A program made the translations under genes and the position numbers. A DNA stretch of 64,000 bases from Acidimicrobiia bacterium (lineage in GTDB: Bacteria; Actinomycetota; Acidimicrobiia; Spongiisociales; UBA11373): NCBI GenBank assembly GCA_046714175.1, contig JBKKBI010000062.1, forward strand, positions 5,344 through 69,343. The letters are read 5' to 3'. Under the pieces are notes generated by a model that had not been told where the DNA came from, searched no databases, and worked only from the letters and a program-made list of their open reading frames with translations. Below are positions 17,100 to 26,276 of the stretch, piece after piece. The stretch's first letter is position 1. The number at the start of each line of letters is the position of its first letter.

Positions 17100-18280
17100 T
17101 CTCCCGGGTGGCGTTTCTCAGCATCCATTCCTCGCCGCTCGACGCCCCCGGCGTCGGGGACGCCGGAGGCATGAACGTGTACATCGATGCCCTGGCCCGC
17201 ACCCTGGCAGGACGCGACATTCAGGTGGACGTGTTCACTCGTCGGGCCTCCGACGCGATCCCCGCCGAAGTCGAGGTGGTGCCCGGCTACTGCGTGATTC
17301 ATATCGATGCGGCCGGCAGCGACACCGCCGACATGGTGGGGGCCTTCTCCGAAGGCGTCGCCAAATGGTTGGCGGCGCGCCAGGCGACTCCCGATCTGGT
17401 CCACAGTCATTACTGGCTGTCGGGTTGGGCGGGGGCGCATCTGCAGCAGGTTCTTGGAGTGCCTTTGGCGATCTCGTTCCACACGCTGGGGCGGGTGAAG
17501 GAGGCGACGCGGGCACCAGGTGAGCCCCGGGAGTCACTGGTGCGCATTGCGGCCGAAACCGAGGTGGTGGCTCGCGCCGGGTGCATGATCGCTTCTACCC
17601 CGGCCGAGGCTGCCGACCTGATCGAGCACTACCAGGCGAACCCGGAGCGCATCTGCGTCTCGCCTCCCGGGGTGGATCACAGCGTCTTTCGACCCGGCGA
17701 CAAGGACCGGGCGCGACGGCGCCTGGGTCTGGATCCCGGTCCGCTGGTGGCCATCGTCGGGAGGATCCAGCCCCTCAAGGGGATCGATGTAGCTATCGCC
17801 GCCGTTGCCGCTCTGCCCGGGGTACGACTCCTCGTGGTCGGTGGTCCGAGTGGGCCCATGGGTGAGTCCGAATTGGTGCGCCTCCACGCTCTCGCCGAAC
17901 AGACCGCTCCGGGGAGGGTGACTTTCATGCCGCCCCGCCCCCACGGCGATATCGCCTGCGTGTATCGCGCGGCCGACGCAGTCATCGTTCCCAGCCGGTC
18001 GGAGTCGTTCGGGTTGGTGGCCGTCGAGGCTCAGGCGTGTGGCATCCCGGTGGTGGCGTCGCGAGTCGGAGGGTTGGCGTACTCGGTCGAGGACGACCGC
18101 ACCGGGTATCTGGTCGCTGGCCACGATCCCGCCGACTACGCCCGGGCGCTCGCTGCGATCCTCGATGATGCCGACAACGCCGCCCGATTGTCCGCCGGCG
18201 CCATCGCCCACGCCGCCGGATTCTCGTGGGACGCGACCGCGGATCGACTGGTGGAGTTGTACCGCGGGTTGCTCGAGTAG
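17096..18280 (+). CDS. mshA: D-inositol-3-phosphate glycosyltransferase (mycothiol biosynthesis)
   Basis: SIHSSPLDAPGVGDAGGMNVYI is the hallmark MshA motif. GT4 C-terminal domain EAQACGIPVVASRVGGL. Confidence 0.85.
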   Translation: MISRVAFLSIHSSPLDAPGVGDAGGMNVYIDALARTLAGRDIQVDVFTRRASDAIPAEVEVVPGYCVIHIDAAGSDTADMVGAFSEGVAKWLAARQATPDLVHSHYWLSGWAGAHLQQVLGVPLAISFHTLGRVKEATRAPGEPRESLVRIAAETEVVARAGCMIASTPAEAADLIEHYQANPERICVSPPGVDHSVFRPGDKDRARRRLGLDPGPLVAIVGRIQPLKGIDVAIAAVAALPGVRLLVVGGPSGPMGESELVRLHALAEQTAPGRVTFMPPRPHGDIACVYRAADAVIVPSRSESFGLVAVEAQACGIPVVASRVGGLAYSVEDDRTGYLVAGHDPADYARALAAILDDADNAARLSAGAIAHAAGFSWDATADRLVELYRGLLE

Positions 18281-18671
18281 GCGGTCGGCTCCAACCCATC
18301 TGTTGCTGATTCCATCCGCCATTTCCCGCGCGAAAAAGATGCCTCGGCCGACCTTGTCGACAGTCGATGTGCACAACCCCCTGTGGATTGCTGGGGATAT
18401 GTGGGTAAGGCGGGCGAAACGGCTTGGCAGTCGTGGAGTCGTTGTAAGCAAGCGCAGTTGCGCGCCGCCGAGCGCGAAATCCCGGCCTCGGCATGGTGCT
18501 TGACCGCACTGTGGTCGCCCCGTAGGTTCGTCGCTGCAAGGCCCAAGGTGCCGATGCGACCAACAGCTCGTTCGGGGAAGTGCGGGGGAAAGGTCGTAAA
18601 GGTTCCTTGGGCCTTAGCGCGGGACTGTGAGCGCTGTCGGCTGCTGTGATAGGCGGTGTCGCGCCGTCGAA

Positions 18672-19556
18672 TCACAGGCCGAACATCACCTCGCCGAGGC
18701 GCACCCGGTGGACTTCGAAAGTTTCGAGATCGAGGCGCAGCGACCCGAGGCGCAGCCCCCGCATCCCGTCACCCTGGTTGGTGACCACGCGCAACGCTCC
18801 GTCATCGTGTTCCAGGACTCCCAGGCCCAGGCAGGCGCCGGTGCCATCCTGCAGGCCGACCAGGACCCCGTGCAAACGGGCTAGGTCGAGACCCTCGGGC
18901 AGGGTCGGGGCGAACACCGTGCTGCGCACCCTCCACCGCTGCAGTGGTTCGGCGAAGGCTTCAGCAAAAGCCTTGGCGCGATGCGCCCGCCGCACCTCTG
19001 GATCCATGGGCCGTACCTCGGGATCCACGACAGCGGTTTCGACGTCGACCGTGAAGAAGCGCCGCAGCATGCCCACCAGCGGCTCCAGTTCGGCGCCGCG
19101 CTGCAGGCCGATGACGACATCGGGCCGGCACAGCTCCATTTTGTGGTACTTGAGTGTTTGTCCTCCCACACCGGAGATCGACCCGGTGGTGTCGATCACC
19201 ACGAGATCGGCGGCATCGCGGGCGACATCGACCAGGGCAGCGGTACCTACCACCTGTTGCAGCACGACGCCTTCGGGAGTGATGTCTCCGACGAAGTGAA
19301 GCGCATCCGCGACACCGAGTTCGCTGAGGTCGCGCTGCTCGCGCACCATCTTCAGCCCGACACAGGTCGGTGGTCCCACCGTGGTCTGATCGACATCTGC
19401 ATCCACGTAGGCACCGGTCTTCCCGGCCGCCACGACCGCAGCGAGGAGGTCGCGCGCCAGTGTCGACTTTCCGGTATCGGGCCCGCCCACCAGCATGACG
19501 ACGCCACGGCGCCTGGCGAGATCGTCGAGCAGCGCTCCGTGATGGCCGTCGGACAT
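18672..19556 (-). CDS. Clp1-like P-loop (polynucleotide-kinase-type NTPase domain) protein
   Basis: MLVGGPDTGKSTLARDL (Walker A) ... DLVVIDTTGSISG. Start chosen at MSDGHHGALLDDLARRRG. Confidence 0.5.
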   Translation of the reverse strand: MSDGHHGALLDDLARRRGVVMLVGGPDTGKSTLARDLLAAVVAAGKTGAYVDADVDQTTVGPPTCVGLKMVREQRDLSELGVADALHFVGDITPEGVVLQQVVGTAALVDVARDAADLVVIDTTGSISGVGGQTLKYHKMELCRPDVVIGLQRGAELEPLVGMLRRFFTVDVETAVVDPEVRPMDPEVRRAHRAKAFAEAFAEPLQRWRVRSTVFAPTLPEGLDLARLHGVLVGLQDGTGACLGLGVLEHDDGALRVVTNQGDGMRGLRLGSLRLDLETFEVHRVRLGEVMFGL

Positions 19557-19627
19557 CTCTTCCTCGGGGTGGGCGGCACATCGTAACGGCGGGTTGTCCG
19601 AAGACGGACCGGTATCCTCGCCGGGCA

Positions 19628-20434
19628 ATGCCTCCGCTCCCGATCTCGTTTCTCAGTGACTTCGGCACCGCCGACGAGTTCGTCGGGGTCGTCCATGGTG
19701 TCATCGAGCGCATCGCCCCCGGCACCCGAGTGATCGATGTCACCCATGGCATCAGCCGCGGCGATGTCCGCGCCGGCGCCCTCGCGCTCTTGCGAGCCGT
19801 GCAGTACCTCCCGCCGGGAGTGGTCCTGGCAGTGGTGGATCCCGGAGTGGGCACGGGGAGGCGGGCGATCGCGGCCTCCACCGGGCGCGGCTTCTTCGTC
19901 GGGCCTGACAACGGCTTGCTGGCTCCGGCGGTGGCGATGAGTGGTGGCGCCGAGCGACTGGTGGCTCTGGAGTCCGAGGCATTCCGCCTCCCCGGCGCAG
20001 GTTCCACGTTCGACGGTCGCGACCTATTTGCCCCGGCGGCGGCGGTTCTGGCTTCGGGGGAGGCCGGTCTCGATGACCTCGGCCCGGAGATCGATCCGGC
20101 CTCGGTCGTGCCACTGCTGCTGCCCCTGATCGAGTCGGGGGGCGGCGTGGTGTCGGGGGAGGTGTGGTGGATCGATGCTTACGGGAACGCCCAGACCAAC
20201 GTGGCCCCGGCCGACCTCGAGGCCGTCGGTATTCGGGCAGGGTCGACACTTCTGGTGCGAATCGGCGGGGTGGAGCACGAGATGATATGGGCCACCGGCT
20301 ACGGGGAGGGGAGCGATCCCGTCGTTCACTGCGACTCCCACGGGCTGATGGCGATCGCCCTACCCCGCGGTCGGGCGGACGAGTCCCTGCACATCAGGGA
20401 GGGACTCTCGGTCGGCTTCAGGTCACCGAATTGA
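19628..20434 (+). CDS. SAM hydroxide adenosyltransferase (DUF62, fluorinase/chlorinase-like SAM hydrolase family)
   Basis: ISFLSDFGTADEFVGVVHGVI...VVDPGVGTGRRAIA...DAYGNAQTN matches the family. Confidence 0.7.
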   Translation: MPPLPISFLSDFGTADEFVGVVHGVIERIAPGTRVIDVTHGISRGDVRAGALALLRAVQYLPPGVVLAVVDPGVGTGRRAIAASTGRGFFVGPDNGLLAPAVAMSGGAERLVALESEAFRLPGAGSTFDGRDLFAPAAAVLASGEAGLDDLGPEIDPASVVPLLLPLIESGGGVVSGEVWWIDAYGNAQTNVAPADLEAVGIRAGSTLLVRIGGVEHEMIWATGYGEGSDPVVHCDSHGLMAIALPRGRADESLHIREGLSVGFRSPN

Positions 20435-20531
20435 GCCGGATCACGAAGATGACCCCCGCCACCAGCAACAACGCCAGCAGCAGCAGGATGGCGATGGTGG
20501 TTCCGGGTCGCACCGCGATGACGGTACCGCA

Positions 20532-20762
20532 ATGAGCGACCTGGTGTTCCTCACGCGCCGCACCTGCTCTCTGTGCGCCGAGGCGTTGCCCCTGGTGGCT
20601 GCAACGGCGCGGCGGCGCGACCACACACTCGAGACCATTGATGTCGATGACGCTGGACTTGCGGATCGTTTTGGCGATCGCGTGCCTGTGGTCTTGCGCG
20701 ATGGCATCGAGGTGCTGGCGGGGCGCTTCGGCGCCCGCGCGGTGCGCCGCGCCCTGCGCTGA
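20532..20762 (+). CDS. Glutaredoxin-like small thiol-disulfide protein (CxxC)
   Basis: MSDLVFLTRRTCSLCAEALPLV ... 76 aa, DUF836/glutaredoxin-2-like. Confidence 0.55.
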   Translation: MSDLVFLTRRTCSLCAEALPLVAATARRRDHTLETIDVDDAGLADRFGDRVPVVLRDGIEVLAGRFGARAVRRALR

Positions 20763-20796
20763 TTTCGGCCGCGACACCCCCGCCTATATTGCCGCG

Positions 20797-21420
20797 ATGG
20801 TCAGACGGCCCGTTCCCCGGGTCACCGTGCAGCGACTTCCCGTGTACCTCCGGTGCTTGGAGACTCTGCCAGCAGGCCAGCAGCGGGTCTCCTCGGATGA
20901 AGTGGCGGAGCTCGCTGGAGTCCTCGGCGCCAAGATCCGCAAGGACCTGTCCTACCTGGGCACCCACGGAACCCGCGGCGTCGGCTATGACGTGGAGCAT
21001 CTCAAGCACCAGATCCGTCTCGAACTCGGGCTGACCCGGGATTGGGCGGTGGTGATCGTCGGCATCGGCAACCTGGGCCGAGCCCTCGCCAACTACGGCG
21101 GGTTCGGCGAGCGCCGCTTCCAGGTGGTGGGTCTGTTCGATGTCGACCCCGACAAGGTGGGAACCCCGGTCGACGGCCACATGGTGGAGCCGATGACCGT
21201 GCTCGCCTCGGCGGTGGCGGAGCGCAACGCCTCCATCGGGATCATTGCCACCCCGGCCCACGCCGCCCAGGAAGTGGCCGACGCGCTGGCGGCCGCCGGG
21301 GTGCGCTCCATCCTCAACTTCGCTCCGGCCGTGCTCAAAGCCCCAGCCGGGGTCGAGGTACGCCGCGTCGACCTATCGACGGAGCTGCAGGTGCTCACGT
21401 TCTATCTCGCCCGGAGCTGA
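20797..21420 (+). CDS. rex: Redox-sensing transcriptional repressor Rex
   Basis: VQRLPVYLRCL...SSDEVAELAGV..KIRKDLSYLG..GTRGVGYDV; Rossmann VVIVGIGNLGRAL. ATG chosen at 20797 within the longer track ORF. Confidence 0.8.
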   Translation: MVRRPVPRVTVQRLPVYLRCLETLPAGQQRVSSDEVAELAGVLGAKIRKDLSYLGTHGTRGVGYDVEHLKHQIRLELGLTRDWAVVIVGIGNLGRALANYGGFGERRFQVVGLFDVDPDKVGTPVDGHMVEPMTVLASAVAERNASIGIIATPAHAAQEVADALAAAGVRSILNFAPAVLKAPAGVEVRRVDLSTELQVLTFYLARS

Positions 21421-21446
21421 TGGCTCGGTCGGGGGTTGCCTAGAAC

Positions 21447-21938
21447 CTATTCCTGCTCCGCCTCATACCTGCTCAATCCCGTCACGAACATGGCGAACAG
21501 GATCAGCGATGCCAGCATCAGGGCTCCGGGGAGGATGCGGATCTGGAACGCGTTCAGGCCGACGAGCAATTGCGGGCGAATGCCGCGAGGGGCGTACACC
21601 GTGTAGAGCAGGCCGACGATGGCGAGAAACCCGAAGAAGGCGGCCCCGGTGGTGAGAAAGGCGAGACGCCGTCCCAGGTTGGTGTAGTTGATCAGGTAGA
21701 CGCTTCCCCAAAAGACTGCGATCGCGCCGATGGCGACGATCAAGCCCCGCACCAGCACACCAGGGGCGGGGGTTCCGTCGGCGGCCACCTGGTTCTTCCC
21801 GACCATGCTCTCATACAGCGAATCGAGTCCGGCGCGGAACTGCGGGATCATCGAGAGCAGGATGAGGACGGTCAGTGCGACGCCGATCCACTCCAGGGTG
21901 GACAGGCCCGACTCTTCCTTGCGCACTCGCCGAATCAT
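21447..21938 (-). CDS. Membrane protein (4 TM), last gene of the cytochrome bc-type operon
   Basis: Hydrophobic 163 aa with a 4-bp overlap with the upstream cytochrome c gene. Confidence 0.4.
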   Translation of the reverse strand: MIRRVRKEESGLSTLEWIGVALTVLILLSMIPQFRAGLDSLYESMVGKNQVAADGTPAPGVLVRGLIVAIGAIAVFWGSVYLINYTNLGRRLAFLTTGAAFFGFLAIVGLLYTVYAPRGIRPQLLVGLNAFQIRILPGALMLASLILFAMFVTGLSRYEAEQE

Positions 21939-23434
21939 CCCATCGCCCTCTCGTACTGAATGATGAGCCTGATGTCCGCTTCGCTGAGCATGGCACCGAA
22001 TCCCGGCATCCAGCCGCGCCCGATACCGTTGACCCCGTACTGAGCCCCGTTGGCCGATCCAGCGACCACGAAGTCGTAGTGGTCCTCGATGTCGGGGAAC
22101 TGCACCACCGCACGGCCCTGGCGGAGCGATGGACCCATAGCTCCCGACCCTGCCTCCTGGGTGAAGACGATGCCAGCCGAATAGCCGGCCGTGTGGCAGC
22201 GGGCGCAGTACGCGTTGTATAGGCCCACCGCCCGCTCCGCGGCGGCGACATCGCCTGCGAAGGCCTCCTCCGCCAGCATCGGCAGGTCCACCGCGTATCG
22301 GCGCAATTCCTCTGCGGCGACGACAGCCGCCAGCCCGCTCTCAGCGGCGGTGAGCAGCCGATCGAGGTTTTCGGTGGTGAGCCGCAGGTCTCGCACACTG
22401 GTGCCGAGGTCTGTGAGCAGCACCTGGGCACTGTCGAGGTCGGCGATCGGGGTGGCGCCATTGGAGGTGCTGAACGCCAGCGCCGGATCAAACTCCAGCT
22501 TCTCGATCCTGGCGCGGGCGTCGGAGGGTGGTGCGTCGGCGATGATCTGGGCCACGAGGCTGTCAAGGCCTGCCTCGGCGGTGTCGGACAGGCCGTCACG
22601 GTCGCCATCGGCGGCGGCGCCGTCGCAGGACTCGCCGAACAGCGCCGCCGAGCGCTCGGTGCATGTGTCCGCGTCGGTGAGCAAGTCGTTGAGCCGTTGC
22701 GGTAGTTCGCGCACCGCGTCGTATTGCCCCGGGGCGGCTTCCAGCGCCGCGATCGCCGCTCGCTGGGCCGCCACCGCGGCTGTCACCGCGGCGTCGGCCC
22801 CTTCCAGCCGGGTGAGTTCGCGGGCGACTCTTCCATCGACTGCGGCGATCACTTCGGATTGCGGGATCTGGATGCTCTCTAGATACGCCAGCAGCTCATC
22901 GATCTGTTGGGTGTTGAGCGGCCCGCCGCCCTCGGCTCCCCAGGCGGGCATCGGAGTGCCCGCCCGGCCGTACACCAGCCAATACCGAACCTCGTCGGCG
23001 GTGTACCGATAGAACACGTCATTGATGGCTGGTGCCGCCCAGGTGGTTTCGATACCGGACCGGGCCTCGATGAAACTGGCACCGCCGCCGCCGGCGTCGC
23101 TTCCATGGCAGTTGCCGCATTGGTACTCGACGAACCACTCATGGCCCCGTTCCACGGCGACGTCCTCGTAGTACTCGGTGGCGTCGGCCTGGCGGGTGGT
23201 CTCATTGAGGTAGTAGATCGGCATCACCACGGCGATCACGGCCACGGTCACCAGCGCGGAGAGCAACACGCGGTCGAGCCGCTTCAACTCAAGATCGTCG
23301 TCGGTGAGATACGGAGTCAGATTGGGCGGCGGGGTGTCGGAGCGGTGGCGGACCCGAGTGTTGCGAACGAGAAAGGCGAGCCAGCCGATGACCGCCACGG
23401 CGACGATGAGGAGCGTGGCGGCGCCGAGGCCCAT
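21935..23434 (-). CDS. Membrane-anchored diheme c-type cytochrome (two CxxCH domains separated by a roughly 250-aa linker)
   Basis: N-terminal TM helix. CGNCHG in domain 1 and CARCHTAG in domain 2. The linker is Ala-rich and helical with DGDRDGLSD. Confidence 0.75.
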   Translation of the reverse strand: MGLGAATLLIVAVAVIGWLAFLVRNTRVRHRSDTPPPNLTPYLTDDDLELKRLDRVLLSALVTVAVIAVVMPIYYLNETTRQADATEYYEDVAVERGHEWFVEYQCGNCHGSDAGGGGASFIEARSGIETTWAAPAINDVFYRYTADEVRYWLVYGRAGTPMPAWGAEGGGPLNTQQIDELLAYLESIQIPQSEVIAAVDGRVARELTRLEGADAAVTAAVAAQRAAIAALEAAPGQYDAVRELPQRLNDLLTDADTCTERSAALFGESCDGAAADGDRDGLSDTAEAGLDSLVAQIIADAPPSDARARIEKLEFDPALAFSTSNGATPIADLDSAQVLLTDLGTSVRDLRLTTENLDRLLTAAESGLAAVVAAEELRRYAVDLPMLAEEAFAGDVAAAERAVGLYNAYCARCHTAGYSAGIVFTQEAGSGAMGPSLRQGRAVVQFPDIEDHYDFVVAGSANGAQYGVNGIGRGWMPGFGAMLSEADIRLIIQYERAMG

Positions 23435-23462
23435 CAGCGGATCCCCAACTCGACTGCAGACA

Positions 23463-24281
23463 TCAGATGCACGAGGGCCCCTGCGGGTAGGTGGCCGTCT
23501 TGTGTGAGGCCCGCGAGGTCTGTATCACCTGACCGGTATCGATGATCAGCACTCCGGCATCGTCCACTTCGACGACGAAACGGTCGAGATTCCGGGGTGC
23601 CGGGCCGCCTTCGTACTCCCCGTGGTAGTTGTATTTGGAGGAGTGGCAGGGACACTCGAACCCTTGCGAGGTATCGCATTGCGGCACGCGGCAGCCGAGG
23701 TGGACGCAACGTTGCCACAGCGCCATGAGGCCACCGGCCACCACGGGGAGTCCCTCAAAGCTACTGCCGGCCATTTCCCCCTGGAACGGCACGAGGTAGG
23801 CCTGAGCCGCGGGGACGAACAGCGGGCTGACCCGGCCATCGGCGAGGAAGACCTGTGTGGCGAGATCCTCGGCCTTTCCTGCGGCAACCTTGGAGCCGAA
23901 TCCCCCCGCTTTGATGCGGGGCCACATGAAGCCGAGGGTGAAGATGCCCATCTGGGCCATGAACAGCCCGAAGATCCCGGCCACGCCGCGATTGAAAAAC
24001 TGGCGCCGGGTGACTCCGTACGCCTCCGGGCCGACCTCCTCGCGCTGGGTGAGGGGATCGATCGGCGGGGTTTCGTCGAGTTCGACCGGCACCACGGTCT
24101 TCGCGGCGGAGGCTGCGTCAGCGCGGCGGCGGCGCTTGTCGCGACGCAGGGCCTTGCGGTCGGCGGACCCGGTGATCGGTCCGGTGTCGGAGTTACGCCG
24201 CAACGCCACGCTGGCCACGGCGAGCGCGCCGAGCAGGCCGACGGCGGCAAAGGCGAGGATGGCGATCTGGGTCGTGCTCAT
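23463..24281 (-). CDS. qcrA: Rieske [2Fe-2S] iron-sulfur subunit
   Basis: CVHLGCRVP ... CPCHSSKY Rieske boxes. TM anchor MSTTQIAILAFAAVGLLGAL. ATGA overlap with the upstream gene. Confidence 0.85.
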   Translation of the reverse strand: MSTTQIAILAFAAVGLLGALAVASVALRRNSDTGPITGSADRKALRRDKRRRRADAASAAKTVVPVELDETPPIDPLTQREEVGPEAYGVTRRQFFNRGVAGIFGLFMAQMGIFTLGFMWPRIKAGGFGSKVAAGKAEDLATQVFLADGRVSPLFVPAAQAYLVPFQGEMAGSSFEGLPVVAGGLMALWQRCVHLGCRVPQCDTSQGFECPCHSSKYNYHGEYEGGPAPRNLDRFVVEVDDAGVLIIDTGQVIQTSRASHKTATYPQGPSCI

Positions 24282-24970
24282 AGGTCGAAGAAGATCCCGT
24301 CGCGCCAGGGGAAGATGAAGTTGAGGCCGCGTCCCCGGTAGAACGAACCGATCATGGTGAGGATCGCCGCCGCCACCACGAAGAACGTGAACATCATGAT
24401 GGCGAACTTGCGGTCGGACGGCCGGGTGGAGCGGTTGCGGTCGATGTAGGGGATGATCGCCAGGCCGGCGAGCCCCAGTCCGGGGATGAGCACGCCGGCG
24501 ATCTGTGGGTCGAAATACACCAGCAACTCCTGCAGCCCGAGGAAGTACCACGGAGCCTTCGAGGGATTGGGCTGGGCGTTGGGGTTGGCCAACTCGAGCA
24601 GCGGCGCATCCTGGAAGATCGAGAACACGATCAGCAGCGCGGTCACGACCAGCAGGGCGACGAACTCCATGGCCAGGAGGTGAGGCCACACGTTGACCTT
24701 GTCGGTGGGCTCCTTCTTCACCTGCTGGATCGCGTTGGCCTTCACCACGGTGAGCAGGCGCTGCGTGCGCACTCCTTCGGGGATGGCGGGCGCGGCGGGG
24801 GCGCTGCGGGCCGGGGCGGTGGCGGTGGCGGTGGCGGCTACGGCCGGTGCCGCACCGGGCAATGCGGCCCCGCCGGTCATCTCGGCCCACACCTGTTCGA
24901 ACGGCACACCGGTGGCCTTGGCCTTGGCCTCGGCCGAGCGGCGGAGTAGATGTTCGGGAACGGTTGCCAT
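24278..24970 (-). CDS. Cytochrome b C-terminal portion as a separate subunit (b6f subunit-IV-like) with a roughly 100-aa N-terminal extension
   Basis: NPSKAPWYFLGLQELLVYF is the PEWY-region equivalent. Three TM helices. N-terminal RSAEAKAKATGVPFEQVWAEMTGG module. Confidence 0.7.
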   Translation of the reverse strand: MATVPEHLLRRSAEAKAKATGVPFEQVWAEMTGGAALPGAAPAVAATATATAPARSAPAAPAIPEGVRTQRLLTVVKANAIQQVKKEPTDKVNVWPHLLAMEFVALLVVTALLIVFSIFQDAPLLELANPNAQPNPSKAPWYFLGLQELLVYFDPQIAGVLIPGLGLAGLAIIPYIDRNRSTRPSDRKFAIMMFTFFVVAAAILTMIGSFYRGRGLNFIFPWRDGIFFDL

Positions 24971-24982
24971 GTCTCGTATCTC

Positions 24983-25768
24983 CTACAGCGGTCCCGAGAT
25001 GCCGCCGTCCTTGCGCACCCGCCAAAAGTGCACCGCCATGAAAATGACGATCAGGAAGGGCAGGGCGAGGACGTGCAGGACGTAGAAGCGGAGCAGTGTC
25101 GGCGCCCCCACCTGGAGCCCTCCGAGCAAGACGAACGAGACCTGGTCGCCGAACACCGGCGTATAGCCACCCATGTTGGTGCCCACCGTCACCGCCCAGA
25201 TGGCCAGCTGGTCCCAGGGGAGCAGGTATCCGGTGAAGGACAGCAGCAGGGTGAGGAACAAGAGCACCACTCCCACCACCCAGTTGAATTCGCGCGGCGG
25301 CTTGTAGGCCCCGTGATAGAAGACCCGGGTCATGTGCAGAAACACCGTGATCACCATCAGGTGAGCGCCCCAGCGGTGCAGGTTGCGCACGATCTGGCCA
25401 AAGGCGACATCGGTGGAGAGCGCCTGGATGTCCGGGTAGGCCTGCGTGGCGGACGGCGTGTAATAGAACATCAAAAAGATGCCGGTGATGGTCAGCAGAA
25501 TGAACAAGAAGAAAGACAACCCGCCCAGACACAGGGTGTAGGACAGGCGAACCGCGTGCCGCTTCACCTTCACGGGGTGAAGGTGATAGAGCACGTTGTT
25601 CATGATCACGTAAGAGCGGTTGCGGGGGCTGTCGGCGTACCCCTTACGCATCGGTGAACCGGGGCGGAACATCGACTCCCAGGCCTCCGAGCCGCGGATA
25701 CGGGTGCCTACCCCGGCGATGCGCTCGCCGAGTCTGGTGCGTCCGTTGCCGTTTCCGTTGCTCGCCAC
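24983..25768 (-). CDS. qcrB: Cytochrome b N-terminal (b6-like) subunit
   Basis: [25 protein letters not shown] and [27 protein letters not shown] show a heme-b bis-His four-helix pattern. Ends after helix D. Confidence 0.8.
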   Translation of the reverse strand: MASNGNGNGRTRLGERIAGVGTRIRGSEAWESMFRPGSPMRKGYADSPRNRSYVIMNNVLYHLHPVKVKRHAVRLSYTLCLGGLSFFLFILLTITGIFLMFYYTPSATQAYPDIQALSTDVAFGQIVRNLHRWGAHLMVITVFLHMTRVFYHGAYKPPREFNWVVGVVLLFLTLLLSFTGYLLPWDQLAIWAVTVGTNMGGYTPVFGDQVSFVLLGGLQVGAPTLLRFYVLHVLALPFLIVIFMAVHFWRVRKDGGISGPL

Positions 25769-25826
25769 TTCGCCTCCGTTGCGTCCTCAGTCTCCGCCGC
25801 CACCCGTCATTCGGTCAAATCACCAG

Positions 25827-26276
25827 TTACCAGCGCACCCCATAGGCGTAACCATTGCGATCATCGCGCTGCCCGCTGTCTACATCCCACGGGGAGTCGC
25901 CGCCCTTGGCTGCGGCGGTCGCCGCCAGGGAACCGTCGTACTTCCCCAAAGCGATCACCCCGGTCGGGCACCGATCCACGCAGAGCGCGCACCGGGTGCA
26001 CTCGTCCTCGTCGACTACGAAAAAGCCCCGATTGGCGGTGTCCTCGCGGGGGTCGGCGACATTGGTGGCCTCGGCGATGGCATCCATGGACAGATAGTGG
26101 ATGCACTTCCACGGGCAGATGTCGACGCAGCCCTCACACAGGATGCACTCCGACTGGTCGATGTGGAGGTACTGCTTGGGCTTCACGGCTGCAGCGAGAT
26201 ACGAGCCGTCGACCATCGCCAACTGATAGTCCTCCCGGAAGGGGGGAGTCTCGAGCCAGGCTTCGGTGGGGGCCAT
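25827..26276 (-). CDS. 2x[4Fe-4S] ferredoxin with a C-terminal extension
   Basis: CILCEGCVDICP and CTRCALCVDRCP. Confidence 0.75.
   Translation of the reverse strand: MAPTEAWLETPPFREDYQLAMVDGSYLAAAVKPKQYLHIDQSECILCEGCVDICPWKCIHYLSMDAIAEATNVADPREDTANRGFFVVDEDECTRCALCVDRCPTGVIALGKYDGSLAATAAAKGGDSPWDVDSGQRDDRNGYAYGVRW

Noticed and set aside
18281-18671. Region considered as tmRNA or RNase P RNA.
   Set aside because: There is no tag-peptide reading frame ending in GCxGCxTAA and no tRNA-like 3' end. The order of the GGTAAGG and GGAAAG-like motifs is opposite to that in RNase P, and hallmark GAGGAAAGTCCGG and ACAGAAA motifs are absent.
18961-20007. 348-aa minus-strand ORF and other long ORFs (45136..46509 -, 58589..59758 + portion, 54743..57472 N-terminal portion, 23463..25532 upstream portion).
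   Set aside because: These are alternate-frame or read-through artefacts overlapping better-supported genes. Real starts were placed at internal Met/Val with coupling or RBS evidence.
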